From Candidatus Zixiibacteriota bacterium (GTDB taxonomy: Bacteria; Zixibacteria; MSB-5A5; GN15; FEB-12), in NCBI GenBank assembly GCA_024277795.1, contig JAJRUL010000152.1, forward strand, positions 2,006 to 66,005: a stretch of 64,000 nt of DNA, in the 5' to 3' direction. The stretch's first letter is position 1; each line of letters begins with the position of its first letter. Shown here in pieces: positions 38,054 through 46,470 of the stretch. The notes under the pieces were generated by a model. The model ran no database searches and was not told the origin of the DNA. It saw only the letters and a program-made list of their open reading frames with translations. The translations under genes and the position numbers were made by a program.

Positions 38054-39880
38054 CTATTCGACTGTTACGCTCTTTGCGAGGTTACGAGGTTGGTCAACAT
38101 TACATCCTCGCATTACTGCAATATGATATGCTAATAACTGTAACGGTATGATCGACAACAGCGGTGTCAGCAGTCTGTACGTTTGGGGGATATAGATTAC
38201 ATGATTCACTTTATCAGCGATTTCAGTATCACCTTCAGTTGCAATCGCAATAACGCGACCGTTACGTGCACGAACCTCAGCGATATTTGACATTACTTTG
38301 TCATAGACTGAGTCTTTCAGAGCAATTACAACAACAGGCATATTTTCATCAATTAGTGCAATAGGTCCGTGTTTCATCTCTGCCGCAGGGTAGCCTTCAG
38401 CATGGATATATGAAATTTCTTTCAATTTGAGTGCACCCTCAAGGGCGACAGGGAAGTTGATTCCTCGTCCGAGGTAAAGGAAGTTGTTTGCTTTATAATA
38501 GGCCGAAGCAATTTCTTTAATCTGAGCCTCAGATTTAAGAATATGCGATACCTGATCGGGGATTCTTTCGAGGTACTCTATAATCTCAGCACCCTGTTGT
38601 ACTGAGAGGTTGTTCATCCGTGCAAGAAGAGTACCGATCAATGAGAGCGTCATCACTTGAGAGGTGAACGCTTTTGTGGATGCAACACCGATTTCTGGTC
38701 CTGCATGAATGAATACACCACCGTCAGTTTCGCGGGCAATAGTAGAACCGACAACATTGACCAGTCCGATTGTGGAGACTCCATGATTCTTCGCTTCTCT
38801 GAGAGCGGCTAGTGTGTCCGCGGTTTCGCCTGATTGACTGATAGCCGCCAACATCGATTTACGCGGGAAAATTGGTGAGCGATAGCGAAACTCGGATGCA
38901 TATTCAACTGCGACGGGGAGCCTAACCAATTCTTCGATCAGATATTCGCCGATCATTGCGGCGTGCCATGATGTGCCACAGGCTGTTATTATCAGGTTTT
39001 TCATCTCCCGCATTTCATCGTACAGATTACTCAACCCGCCGAGTACGGGGATTCCGCTCTCACGATTGAGACGACCTCGCAAAGCATTTGCGAGTGTTAC
39101 GGGTTGTTCATGAATCTCTTTGAGCATAAAGTGATCATAGCCCTCTTTTTCGATCTGATCGAGGCTCCATGATACTTCTTCAATCTGCGGAGTAATCGTA
39201 ACATTCTGAATTGTCGTTATCGTAAAATTATCTGCAGTAACCGTTGCAATTTCACCATCATCGAGGTAGACGACACGATTTGTATACTCGAGCATTGGGG
39301 CAACATCAGAGGCGACGAAGTTCTCACCATCACCTGACCCAAGAACAAGGGGGGAACCCATTCGAGCGGCAACTATTGTACCGGGGTGCATCGATGAGAC
39401 AACAGCAATGCCATATGCTCCCTCAACCTGACTTAAGGCGGAGCGAACTGCTTCGGTAAGGTTTCCTTGATAGTTGTATCGTACAAGTTGAACCAGAACT
39501 TCCGTGTCGGTCTCAGATCTGAAGGTGTAGTTGTGTCTTTCCAGAAACTTTTTCAGTGTTCTATAATTTTCTATGATACCGTTATGGACAAGAGCTATTT
39601 CACCTGCTGAATCTGTATGTGGGTGAGCATTTTTCTGGTTTGGCGCACCATGAGTTGCCCATCTGGTATGGGCAATTCCCTGTAAGCAGTCATATTCACT
39701 ACCGCTGAGAGCTTTTTCAAGTTGTGCAATTTTACCTGCTTCTTTTGTGACTACCAGTCCGTCTGTGCAGATAAGTGCCACACCTGAGGAGTCATATCCT
39801 CTGTACTCCAATCGTTTGATCCCTTTGAGTAAAAGAGGAAGAACGTCTCTCTGTCCAATATATCCAACTATTCCACACAT
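38054..39880 (-). CDS. glmS: glutamine--fructose-6-phosphate aminotransferase (isomerising)
   Basis: MCGIVGY N-terminal nucleophile, two SIS domains and the C-terminus ...NLAKSVTVE. Confidence 0.97.
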   Translation of the reverse strand: MCGIVGYIGQRDVLPLLLKGIKRLEYRGYDSSGVALICTDGLVVTKEAGKIAQLEKALSGSEYDCLQGIAHTRWATHGAPNQKNAHPHTDSAGEIALVHNGIIENYRTLKKFLERHNYTFRSETDTEVLVQLVRYNYQGNLTEAVRSALSQVEGAYGIAVVSSMHPGTIVAARMGSPLVLGSGDGENFVASDVAPMLEYTNRVVYLDDGEIATVTADNFTITTIQNVTITPQIEEVSWSLDQIEKEGYDHFMLKEIHEQPVTLANALRGRLNRESGIPVLGGLSNLYDEMREMKNLIITACGTSWHAAMIGEYLIEELVRLPVAVEYASEFRYRSPIFPRKSMLAAISQSGETADTLAALREAKNHGVSTIGLVNVVGSTIARETDGGVFIHAGPEIGVASTKAFTSQVMTLSLIGTLLARMNNLSVQQGAEIIEYLERIPDQVSHILKSEAQIKEIASAYYKANNFLYLGRGINFPVALEGALKLKEISYIHAEGYPAAEMKHGPIALIDENMPVVVIALKDSVYDKVMSNIAEVRARNGRVIAIATEGDTEIADKVNHVIYIPQTYRLLTPLLSIIPLQLLAYHIAVMRGCNVDQPRNLAKSVTVE

Positions 39881-39896
39881 ACTTTAGAATCTCCAA

Positions 39897-41261
39897 TCAG
39901 GCAAAGAACATACGAGTTTTACGAACTAGCCGGCTGGTTAATTGTTTGCTATTTGTTTCAACAATCAGTCTGTAGATTGGTTCGGTATTTGATGATCGGA
40001 TTTGCACCCAACCATTCGCAAAGTCAAATCTGAGGCCATCTCTTTTATCTACTTTAACAGTCCCTAAGAATGCAGATGCTTCCTTTCCGAAGCGGATCAA
40101 CCTTTTGTTGAAATCTGACGGCAGGGCCGCCTTTGTTTTTATAGTATAGTATATCGGCAGAGTTCCTACAAGTTGAGAGAGTGAGACTCGATTTCTTGCC
40201 AGGCATGAGAGGGTGAGAGCCGCTGCAATCAGAGAGTCCCTCCCCGCATGAAATGAAGGGAAAATCACACCACCATTTCCTTCACCACCAATAGCACATT
40301 TTTTCTTATGCATCATTGAGACAACATTTGCTTCACCAACTTTGGAGTAGAATACCTTAGCACCAAGAGCACGGGCAACATCGGCCGTAGCACTTGAGGT
40401 TGAGAGGTTTATGACAACCGTCCCCTTTTTTTTGGTGAGTACCTCTTTGACTGCAATTGTGAGGGTCAACTCTTCGCCAATCGGTTGACCAGATTCATCG
40501 ACAAGAGCCAACCTGTCAGCGTCAGGATCACAAGCCATTCCGAGATCAGCTTTATGCCTCTTTACCGCTTTGCATAGTTGAGTGAGATTCTTCGGTGATG
40601 GTTCGGGTTCATGCACAAAGTTTCCATCCCCTTTGCAATTGATTCGTATAACTGTTGCTCCGAGTTTTTCCAATAGTGTGGGTAGAGCTTCAGAACCAGC
40701 TCCGTTAATAGCATCGACAACAACTTTGAATTTGCGTTTCTTGATTGCTGTTTTAGCAAGCAGAGATTGACTAAGTGTCATTGCTATATGTTTATCAACC
40801 CAGCCATCTTGACTGCTGATTGAGCCAAGAGCGGAGTGGATATTTGTGTGGCTGTTTTTCTTCTGAATCTGGTAGAGTTTATCGAGTTTTTTGTACTGAG
40901 TTGCTGTAATGAACTCTCCTGTTGAGTTGAAGAATTTCAGCGCATTCCATTGTCCCGGATTGTGTGATGCTGTGACACAGATTAATCCATCGGCCTTTAG
41001 CTTTTTGACTGCTATTTCAACTGTTGGGGTTGGAACAATGCCGATCGAAACTACTTTGCATCCAGAAGCGACTAAACCTGCTGTGACGATATGTTCAAGC
41101 ATTTCACCTGAAGGACGACTATCTCGTCCGACAATAACTGTACCACCTTTGAGCATTTGGCCGAATGCGGTTGCATAGTGAAGTGTGATTTCAGTATTAA
41201 GTCCGTTACCGATAATTCCACGGATACCGGATGTCGATGCAATCAAAACAGGTTTACGCAT
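39897..41261 (-). CDS. phosphohexomutase (PGM/PMM family), probably phosphoglucosamine mutase
   Basis: Active-site loop TASHNPGQWNALKF, metal site CDPDADR and N-terminal TSGIRG. The glmM role is inferred from glmS adjacency. The start is ATG 41261, and the track TTG at 41273 is possible. Confidence 0.8.
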   Translation of the reverse strand: MRKPVLIASTSGIRGIIGNGLNTEITLHYATAFGQMLKGGTVIVGRDSRPSGEMLEHIVTAGLVASGCKVVSIGIVPTPTVEIAVKKLKADGLICVTASHNPGQWNALKFFNSTGEFITATQYKKLDKLYQIQKKNSHTNIHSALGSISSQDGWVDKHIAMTLSQSLLAKTAIKKRKFKVVVDAINGAGSEALPTLLEKLGATVIRINCKGDGNFVHEPEPSPKNLTQLCKAVKRHKADLGMACDPDADRLALVDESGQPIGEELTLTIAVKEVLTKKKGTVVINLSTSSATADVARALGAKVFYSKVGEANVVSMMHKKKCAIGGEGNGGVIFPSFHAGRDSLIAAALTLSCLARNRVSLSQLVGTLPIYYTIKTKAALPSDFNKRLIRFGKEASAFLGTVKVDKRDGLRFDFANGWVQIRSSNTEPIYRLIVETNSKQLTSRLVRKTRMFFA

Positions 41262-41391
41262 ATACAATCCCAATTTGTCTAAATGATTAATTCATTCTCT
41301 TTTTTTTGAGTATACAGATTTTATTGAATTGATACAAGTAGGGCTACTCTGCGAACTGATCTGATCGGGTGATATTACTGATTCGATTTTT

Positions 41392-41973
41392 TTATCCACT
41401 CAGGCGTTCTACACCAAGATTTGCCTCAACAATTCTGTCATAGATCGGCCCTTTTGGTGTTAGAGTCGATTGAAACAAGCAAATTTTGTTGAGTTTGCAT
41501 TCGATCGGTTCGATCTTGTAGTTTTGTAGTATTTGAGGGAGAGCTTTTAGTGAGGCGGGGTTTTTTATTCGTGCAAGAGTCAAATGAGGTCTGAATTTCT
41601 TTTTCTCAGGCTCAAACCCACTCTCTCTTACGCTCTGTTCAATGATCGACGCTAACTTATTGACTTGAACAGACACAAGGTCATCATGAAAACCTGCCCA
41701 TATTATTCTTGGATGTCGGATGTTTGGAAAAGCCCCAATTTTTGTGATGCGTACGGCAAATGGTTTACAGGTAGTGGTAGCATCAGTTATGATTTGTTTT
41801 AGCTCAGGTACTTGTTTCGGGTCAGTCTCACCAAGAAAACGCAAAGTTACATGGATATTGCTCGGGTTCACCCATCGGATTCGTTCATCATATTTTTTGA
41901 GGTTTTGAATAATACTTTTTAGTGCATTTTCAACTTGAACAGGTAATGGAAGGGCGATAAACAAGCGCATCAA
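41392..41973 (-). CDS. thpR: RNA 2',3'-cyclic phosphodiesterase (2H / LigT family)
   Basis: Two HxTx motifs: HVTLRFLG and HLTLAR. Confidence 0.85.
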   Translation of the reverse strand: MMRLFIALPLPVQVENALKSIIQNLKKYDERIRWVNPSNIHVTLRFLGETDPKQVPELKQIITDATTTCKPFAVRITKIGAFPNIRHPRIIWAGFHDDLVSVQVNKLASIIEQSVRESGFEPEKKKFRPHLTLARIKNPASLKALPQILQNYKIEPIECKLNKICLFQSTLTPKGPIYDRIVEANLGVERLSG

Positions 41974-43211
41974 CGAATATCCAATATGTAACGTCGTAAT
42001 GTTTCAAGAGCACTGCTTACTGCACGAGTTCGATTAATTTCTCGCAATGTTCCAAAATTGAATTGAATCGCGTATGTTTCATTTCTGGATGACAATCCGA
42101 TAAAGGTTGTACCGACAGGTTTTTCTTCGCTACCGCCTTCAGGTCCTGCAATACCTGTGATTGAGAGGGCATAGTCAGAATCAAATTTTTTCCGACAACC
42201 ATCAGCCATTGCTTTGGCACACTCTTGAGATACTGCACCATGTTTTTCGAGGAGTGATTTTGAAACAGATAAGAGATCGATCTTTGCGGAATCGGCATAG
42301 GTGATGAGACCGCCAATAAAATATTTGGATGCACCCGATACGGATGTGATAGTCTTTCCAAGTTCTCCACCAGTACAACTCTCAGCCACAGCAAGTGTCT
42401 GGTCATTGTCGATGAGCAACTGTCCTATAACTGACTCGAGTGTATCTGTGTCCTGACCATAGATATACCGTCCGACCTTTGATTCAATATGTCGAACCAA
42501 TGTATTCGATTTTTGTTTTGCTTCTTCATTGTTTTCACCAGAAGCGAGAATACGAAGATCAACTCCTCGGGCAGATGGGAGGTAGGCCAGTCGCACACCA
42601 AGCTCTGTTCTTAAATCGACTGCTAGCAGTTCTGCAAGTTTCGATTCCATTATACCTGTAGTGCGGAGCAGTTTGACCGATGTTCCTTTTCCTGTAACTA
42701 TCTTTTCAAGATATGGAATAACTTCGTCGATCATGATCTGTTCCATTTCAAACGGAACTCCGGGTAGTGCGATAAAAACTCGCCCTTTTTCCGCAAGACA
42801 GATACCGACTGCAGAACCCGACTTATTAGGAAGGAATGTTGCACCTTGTGGAAGCAATGCTTGATTTTGATTTATTGCTGGAAGCTTTATTCCTCGTTTG
42901 GCAAAGCGTTCCTGTAGGTCTTTCAGGACTTCTTCATGAAAGATAAGGTTGCGACGGAAAACTTTTACAATAGCCTTTTTGGTTATATCATCATCGGTTG
43001 GTCCAAGACCGCCTGTTGTGATAACAACTTTGGTCCGTTTCAATGCGAGCCGAAAAGCCTCTTCCATGTGTTCGATTGAGTCACCGACTGAAGAACGGTA
43101 GGTGACTTCGACTCCAATAGAACCGAGTGCTTTAGCAATGAACGCGGCATTCGTATCAATTGTGTGTCCAGTAATGATCTCATCACCTATTGTTATTATC
43201 TCAGCATTCAT
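41970..43211 (-). CDS. cinA: CinA family protein (MoCF-like domain + nicotinamide-nucleotide amidase domain)
   Basis: N-terminus MNAEIITIGDEIITG ... TTGGLGPTDDDITK and C-terminal PncC-like AVAESCTGGELG. There is a 4-nt overlap with thpR. Confidence 0.9.
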   Translation of the reverse strand: MNAEIITIGDEIITGHTIDTNAAFIAKALGSIGVEVTYRSSVGDSIEHMEEAFRLALKRTKVVITTGGLGPTDDDITKKAIVKVFRRNLIFHEEVLKDLQERFAKRGIKLPAINQNQALLPQGATFLPNKSGSAVGICLAEKGRVFIALPGVPFEMEQIMIDEVIPYLEKIVTGKGTSVKLLRTTGIMESKLAELLAVDLRTELGVRLAYLPSARGVDLRILASGENNEEAKQKSNTLVRHIESKVGRYIYGQDTDTLESVIGQLLIDNDQTLAVAESCTGGELGKTITSVSGASKYFIGGLITYADSAKIDLLSVSKSLLEKHGAVSQECAKAMADGCRKKFDSDYALSITGIAGPEGGSEEKPVGTTFIGLSSRNETYAIQFNFGTLREINRTRAVSSALETLRRYILDIR

Positions 43212-43232
43212 ACAACCGATCCATTTCTACCA

Positions 43233-43691
43233 CTAGTTACACCTTTGCGATATGTAGATAACAATCTGTGTGATGATATTTGCTTGAATTCCCGCAACGA
43301 GGTCATCCATCGTTACTCCCCAACCACGTGGCAGTTTTTCTGCTTGAGATGCCGGTGGGACTTTAATGACATCTGTGATTCGAAATACAACAAAAGCAAT
43401 AAGATAGTTGGGTATTGAGAGAGGAATCCAAATCAATGTTATAAACATCCCCGCCCATTCATCCATGACGATCTTCTTTGAGTCATGCCCAAAGAGTTTT
43501 TCAGCTTCACCTGCTGACCAGACTGAGAGAATAGTGAATACAACTGTTCCTGCGAGAAGCATGGGTTGGTTTCCTGCAACGAAATAATAAGCGAGGAGTA
43601 GAGGAGGTATTGACCCGACAGTACCTGATACGATTGGAGAGTATCCCGAGTAGAGGCCGGTAGCAACAAGTTTGACAATGCTATTTTTCAT
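43233..43691 (-). CDS. pgpA: phosphatidylglycerophosphatase A
   Basis: 152 aa with GLYSGYSPIVSGTVGS and DDLVAG PgpA motifs. Confidence 0.85.
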   Translation of the reverse strand: MKNSIVKLVATGLYSGYSPIVSGTVGSIPPLLLAYYFVAGNQPMLLAGTVVFTILSVWSAGEAEKLFGHDSKKIVMDEWAGMFITLIWIPLSIPNYLIAFVVFRITDVIKVPPASQAEKLPRGWGVTMDDLVAGIQANIITQIVIYISQRCN

Positions 43692-43699
43692 CTCTGTCC

Positions 43700-44287
43700 T
43701 TATTTCAAGGCTGTCTTAATCATGTGGTAATAACGTACAATATAGTTTACTCCAGTCCAAACAGTCACAACTGCCGTTATCCAGAGCAGTATATTAAAAA
43801 CAAAGAGATGGTCAAAACGTAACATTTCGACGATTGGTGATTCAATATGCTCTAACACCATGATAAGATTAATATATGCAAGTACTCCACCTACTACTGT
43901 CAATTGCAAAAATGTTTTAACTTTGGCTAATCCAGTTGGAGGTATAACGACCCCGCGGTACGCTGCTAAGAGCCTCAGGCCTGTTATTGAGAATTCACGG
44001 CCAACAATCAACATTACAGGCAAAGGGGAGACATAGTGTAATGCGATAAATGAAATCAATGCACATGAGACCAGAATCTTATCAGCGAGCGGATCCATGA
44101 ATTTTCCGAAGCCCGTAATAATCCCATATTTTCGAGCATAGTACCCGTCGGCCATGTCTGTAAAGGCCGCAATAATAAAGAGCCCCAATGCTGTTAGTCG
44201 CATATAGAAACTATCCAGCAGGAAGAAATACATAAATATTGGGGCGATGATAACCCGCAACAGGGTCAATTTATTGGGCGTGTTCAT
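43700..44287 (-). CDS. pgsA: CDP-diacylglycerol--glycerol-3-phosphate 3-phosphatidyltransferase
   Basis: The CDP-alcohol phosphatidyltransferase motif DMADGYYARKYG...GKFMDPLADK. Confidence 0.9.
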   Translation of the reverse strand: MNTPNKLTLLRVIIAPIFMYFFLLDSFYMRLTALGLFIIAAFTDMADGYYARKYGIITGFGKFMDPLADKILVSCALISFIALHYVSPLPVMLIVGREFSITGLRLLAAYRGVVIPPTGLAKVKTFLQLTVVGGVLAYINLIMVLEHIESPIVEMLRFDHLFVFNILLWITAVVTVWTGVNYIVRYYHMIKTALK

Positions 44288-44352
44288 GGACTGACAAAGT
44301 AAACTGCCATGAAATACGTGTCAATCTGCTTTTGGTAACAGTTTGAAAAATG

Positions 44353-44613
44353 TTAATTATTGTTTATCAAATACAGGGTGATTGATGCAATCTGTTTTTC
44401 AGTCAACTTAGCCCGTTCTCCGTATTTTTTGACCAGTTGAGGCCACTCATTGTCGCTCTTTTTTGTCGGTTTTGGCAGGCGATGGCAGGTTTTGCAGTTA
44501 GCTCGGAACGCTATTTCTCCCTCAGATCGCATAGTTCGATTCGTCTTTGGTGTGCAAGCAGATAATAATCCCAAACCAACAAGGATGGAGACAACAGCAG
44601 ATTGGCGGATCAT
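44353..44613 (-). CDS. small monohaem c-type cytochrome-like lipoprotein
   Basis: 86 aa with the lipobox LLSAC and a single CKTCH haem-binding motif. There is a 4-nt overlap with the upstream barrel gene. Confidence 0.6.
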   Translation of the reverse strand: MIRQSAVVSILVGLGLLSACTPKTNRTMRSEGEIAFRANCKTCHRLPKPTKKSDNEWPQLVKKYGERAKLTEKQIASITLYLINNN

Positions 44614-45332
44614 AAGTCAATCCCCATGAGTAGGCGAGCACGTGCATCGTTGCTTTGATCGGTAATGCCTACAGCATAACCGAAAGTGTACCAAATGGGG
44701 CCTGAAGCAAGAGATATTGTAGGACCAATATATGAATTGGTACTACTGTTGGTATTCTTGACAAACTCAATACGTGAGGAAGATTCGATACCAATCGACA
44801 CTTTGAAATTCACCTCCCATGTCAGACCAGCATCAAAACCGATTTCATGCACGGGATCACCCGGAGCCCAAAAGAATTCATAAACGGGGTTTAGTGCTAT
44901 GGTGAATTGATTAATATCTGTGCCGAGAAGAAGTTTTGCTTCAGCTTTATTCTGTTGACTGAAGTTTAGTTTGCGACGGTATTCGAGGTAAAGCACAGGA
45001 TCAAGAGGGATACGTCCTGGTTCACTCAGGCGATATCGTGTACGAAGTTGGACAGCATCCCAAAGAAAAGGCTCACCATCTTGTTGAGAAAAGATTTGAT
45101 ATATGGAGAGATCCCAACGAGGTGTAAGCCCATGTTCAACTTCTATTCGATACTCCCAACTATTGACATCGTCGAGCTTTGTTGTTTGATAGAACTCAAG
45201 CTCAGAATCATCTTCAGCCAATGTAACTGGGTGGTAGCTCCAGACAAATCTGCGACGATCAGCCATCAGATTGGGGGCAGATACTGCAAAAAGTAGCCCT
45301 GATAGTAATAATGACTTAAGAATCAGTTTCAT
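44610..45332 (-). CDS. hypothetical outer-membrane beta-barrel-like protein
   Basis: Signal peptide MKLILKSLLLSGLLFAVSA and alternating amphipathic beta-strand pattern. GGAG lies 7 nt upstream of the ATG. Confidence 0.55.
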   Translation of the reverse strand: MKLILKSLLLSGLLFAVSAPNLMADRRRFVWSYHPVTLAEDDSELEFYQTTKLDDVNSWEYRIEVEHGLTPRWDLSIYQIFSQQDGEPFLWDAVQLRTRYRLSEPGRIPLDPVLYLEYRRKLNFSQQNKAEAKLLLGTDINQFTIALNPVYEFFWAPGDPVHEIGFDAGLTWEVNFKVSIGIESSSRIEFVKNTNSSTNSYIGPTISLASGPIWYTFGYAVGITDQSNDARARLLMGIDL

Positions 45333-45360
45333 AATTGAACTCCAAATACCTTGTTCATCT

Positions 45361-45385
45361 AATGAAAATGAATTTCATTTTCATT
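45361..45385. promoter_or_regulatory. 25-bp perfect palindrome (AATGAAAATGAA-T-TTCATTTTCATT), candidate operator or 5'-UTR hairpin
   Basis: I checked every position 45361-45385 by hand for pairing around 45373. It is built from two direct AATGAA hexamers and their inverted copies. It lies at about +8 to +32 of the predicted transcript. Confidence 0.6.
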
Positions 45386-45398
45386 TAATATCGGACTG

Positions 45399-45427
45399 AT
45401 AATATCCAGATACTGGATAGTTGTCAA
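45399..45427 (-). promoter_or_regulatory. near-consensus sigma70 promoter TTGACA-N17-TATTAT with a 7-3-7 palindrome in its spacer
   Basis: On the minus strand, TTGACA is at 45427-45422 and TATTAT at 45404-45399. TATCCAG-ATA-CTGGATA (45403-45419) fills the spacer. The predicted TSS near 45392 gives a ~60-nt leader to ATG 45332. Confidence 0.6.
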
Positions 45428-45720
45428 TAGATAAATTGATGAATGAATAGGGCGGTTTGTTTTTATCTCAGGCTATTATTTGCCGGATTTATATTTCAAT
45501 GTACGTGATGATATTTGAGTATACAGAAAGATGTGAGCTATAGCTATATTGATGAGGTTTGTCTGCTGTTCTGTAGGGGGGCAAACTTTCTGTCTCTTTG
45601 TGTTTAGTCTTGATTCGTCTTAGCAGATTGTTGCCTGTCTCAAGCATCCATTAGTATTTTGTAGTATTTTGTCGGCTTAGGCTTATAGGGGGAAGGATTC
45701 CGAGCAGGACAATACCCGAT

Positions 45721-45804
45721 AAAAAAACCCAAGCAGGTTGCAAAAGACCTGCCTGGGTGGACGATATTAGGTAATCCACAGAAAGAGTAACACTTTCCGA
45801 TTGC
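45721..45804 (-). ncRNA. predicted ~84-nt small RNA (orphan promoter + three hairpins + intrinsic terminator)
   Basis: The transcript is predicted from the promoter at 45811-45839. It contains hairpins GAAAG/CTTTC and GTGGA/TCCAC. The terminator CCCAGGCAGGT-cttttgca-ACCTGCTTGGG is followed by U7 (45727-45721). The single non-Watson-Crick pair in that stem is G-U only on the minus strand. Confidence 0.5.
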
Positions 45805-45810
45805 ACACCA

Positions 45811-45839
45811 ATATTAACTGACAAGACAAGTTTTGTCAA
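45811..45839 (-). promoter_or_regulatory. near-consensus sigma70 promoter TTGACA-N17-TAATAT
   Basis: On the minus strand, TTGACA is at 45839-45834 and TAATAT at 45816-45811, with an exact 17-nt spacer. No protein gene lies downstream before the terminator. Confidence 0.55.
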
Positions 45840-46316
45840 GAGAAAAAAGCATTCCTTAAACGGTTTTTTTGGTATGGCAGATTTTGCGATTGTATTATTG
45901 TAAATTTTCTCCCAGAAGACAGGATTTTCAGCAGTTTTAGCAGTGGCGGTAATATGTAATTCTTTTAACTACAGCTTGCTCACACGAGCAGAATGTACAG
46001 AACTGTGTTGATAGTTTGTTAGTAACTTGTGGAGAACTTTCTAACTTATTGATAGTCAATGAAGAAGGGGTTGTTGTAATATATTTGTTAGTTCTTAACA
46101 GAACCCTAACAAATAAATGGCCAGTATATTGTTGTTATACAATGTATTGCAGATAATGAAAAATTATTGTATAGTGATGAAGATTGAAGGTAATCTGAGT
46201 CGACCATCATCAATTGTTGTAGCTTACTGATTATCAACAGAATACGATTTATTCATAGAAAATACCATTTTTAGTGGGTAGTGCAATATCAACCACTATA
46301 TCTTGTAGCCACTCAC

Positions 46317-46432
46317 CGCCAGCCGAGGGGGGACCCCTGGTTTGCGGAATACTAGTAAAAACAAGTTTAGGATGAGAGACTCAGGTTGACTCAAGTTGGA
46401 CATGGATGAATTACTTGAATTGACTTGTTTTT
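46317..46432 (+). promoter_or_regulatory. candidate structured 5' leader of nrdJ
   Basis: There is a GC-rich hairpin CCGCCAGCCGAGGGG-GGA-CCCCTGGTTTGCGG (46317-46347). AAAAACAAGT (46357-46366) pairs with ACTTGTTTTT (46423-46432). That helix encloses an inner TCAAGT/ACTTGA hairpin. The whole structure ends 38 nt before the TTG start. Confidence 0.3.
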
Positions 46433-46470
46433 AGTCTATTGGAGTTTCTCGCGAGATAGGGAGGTTTACT

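Noticed and set aside
45651-45839. 62-aa ORF (MTKLVLSVNIGVQ...) as a protein gene
   Set aside because: Its TTG start is the -35 hexamer of the predicted promoter. It has no SD and reads straight through an intrinsic terminator hairpin and U7 tract. A small RNA is more parsimonious, although a micro-protein is not strictly excluded.
46281-46308. A canonical pair of NrdR boxes upstream of nrdJ
   Set aside because: Only one reasonable box (46293-46308) is present. The second candidate (46281-46296) overlaps it and matches poorly, and nothing suitable lies at the expected ~31-32 bp phasing. It is kept only as a low-confidence note inside the leader finding.
46261-46470. Cobalamin riboswitch upstream of the B12-dependent nrdJ
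   Set aside because: I could not find the B12 box (AGYCMGgAgaCCkGCC-like) or the conserved GGTGAAA/GCCACTG core arrangement. GCCACT occurs once, but outside any matching context.
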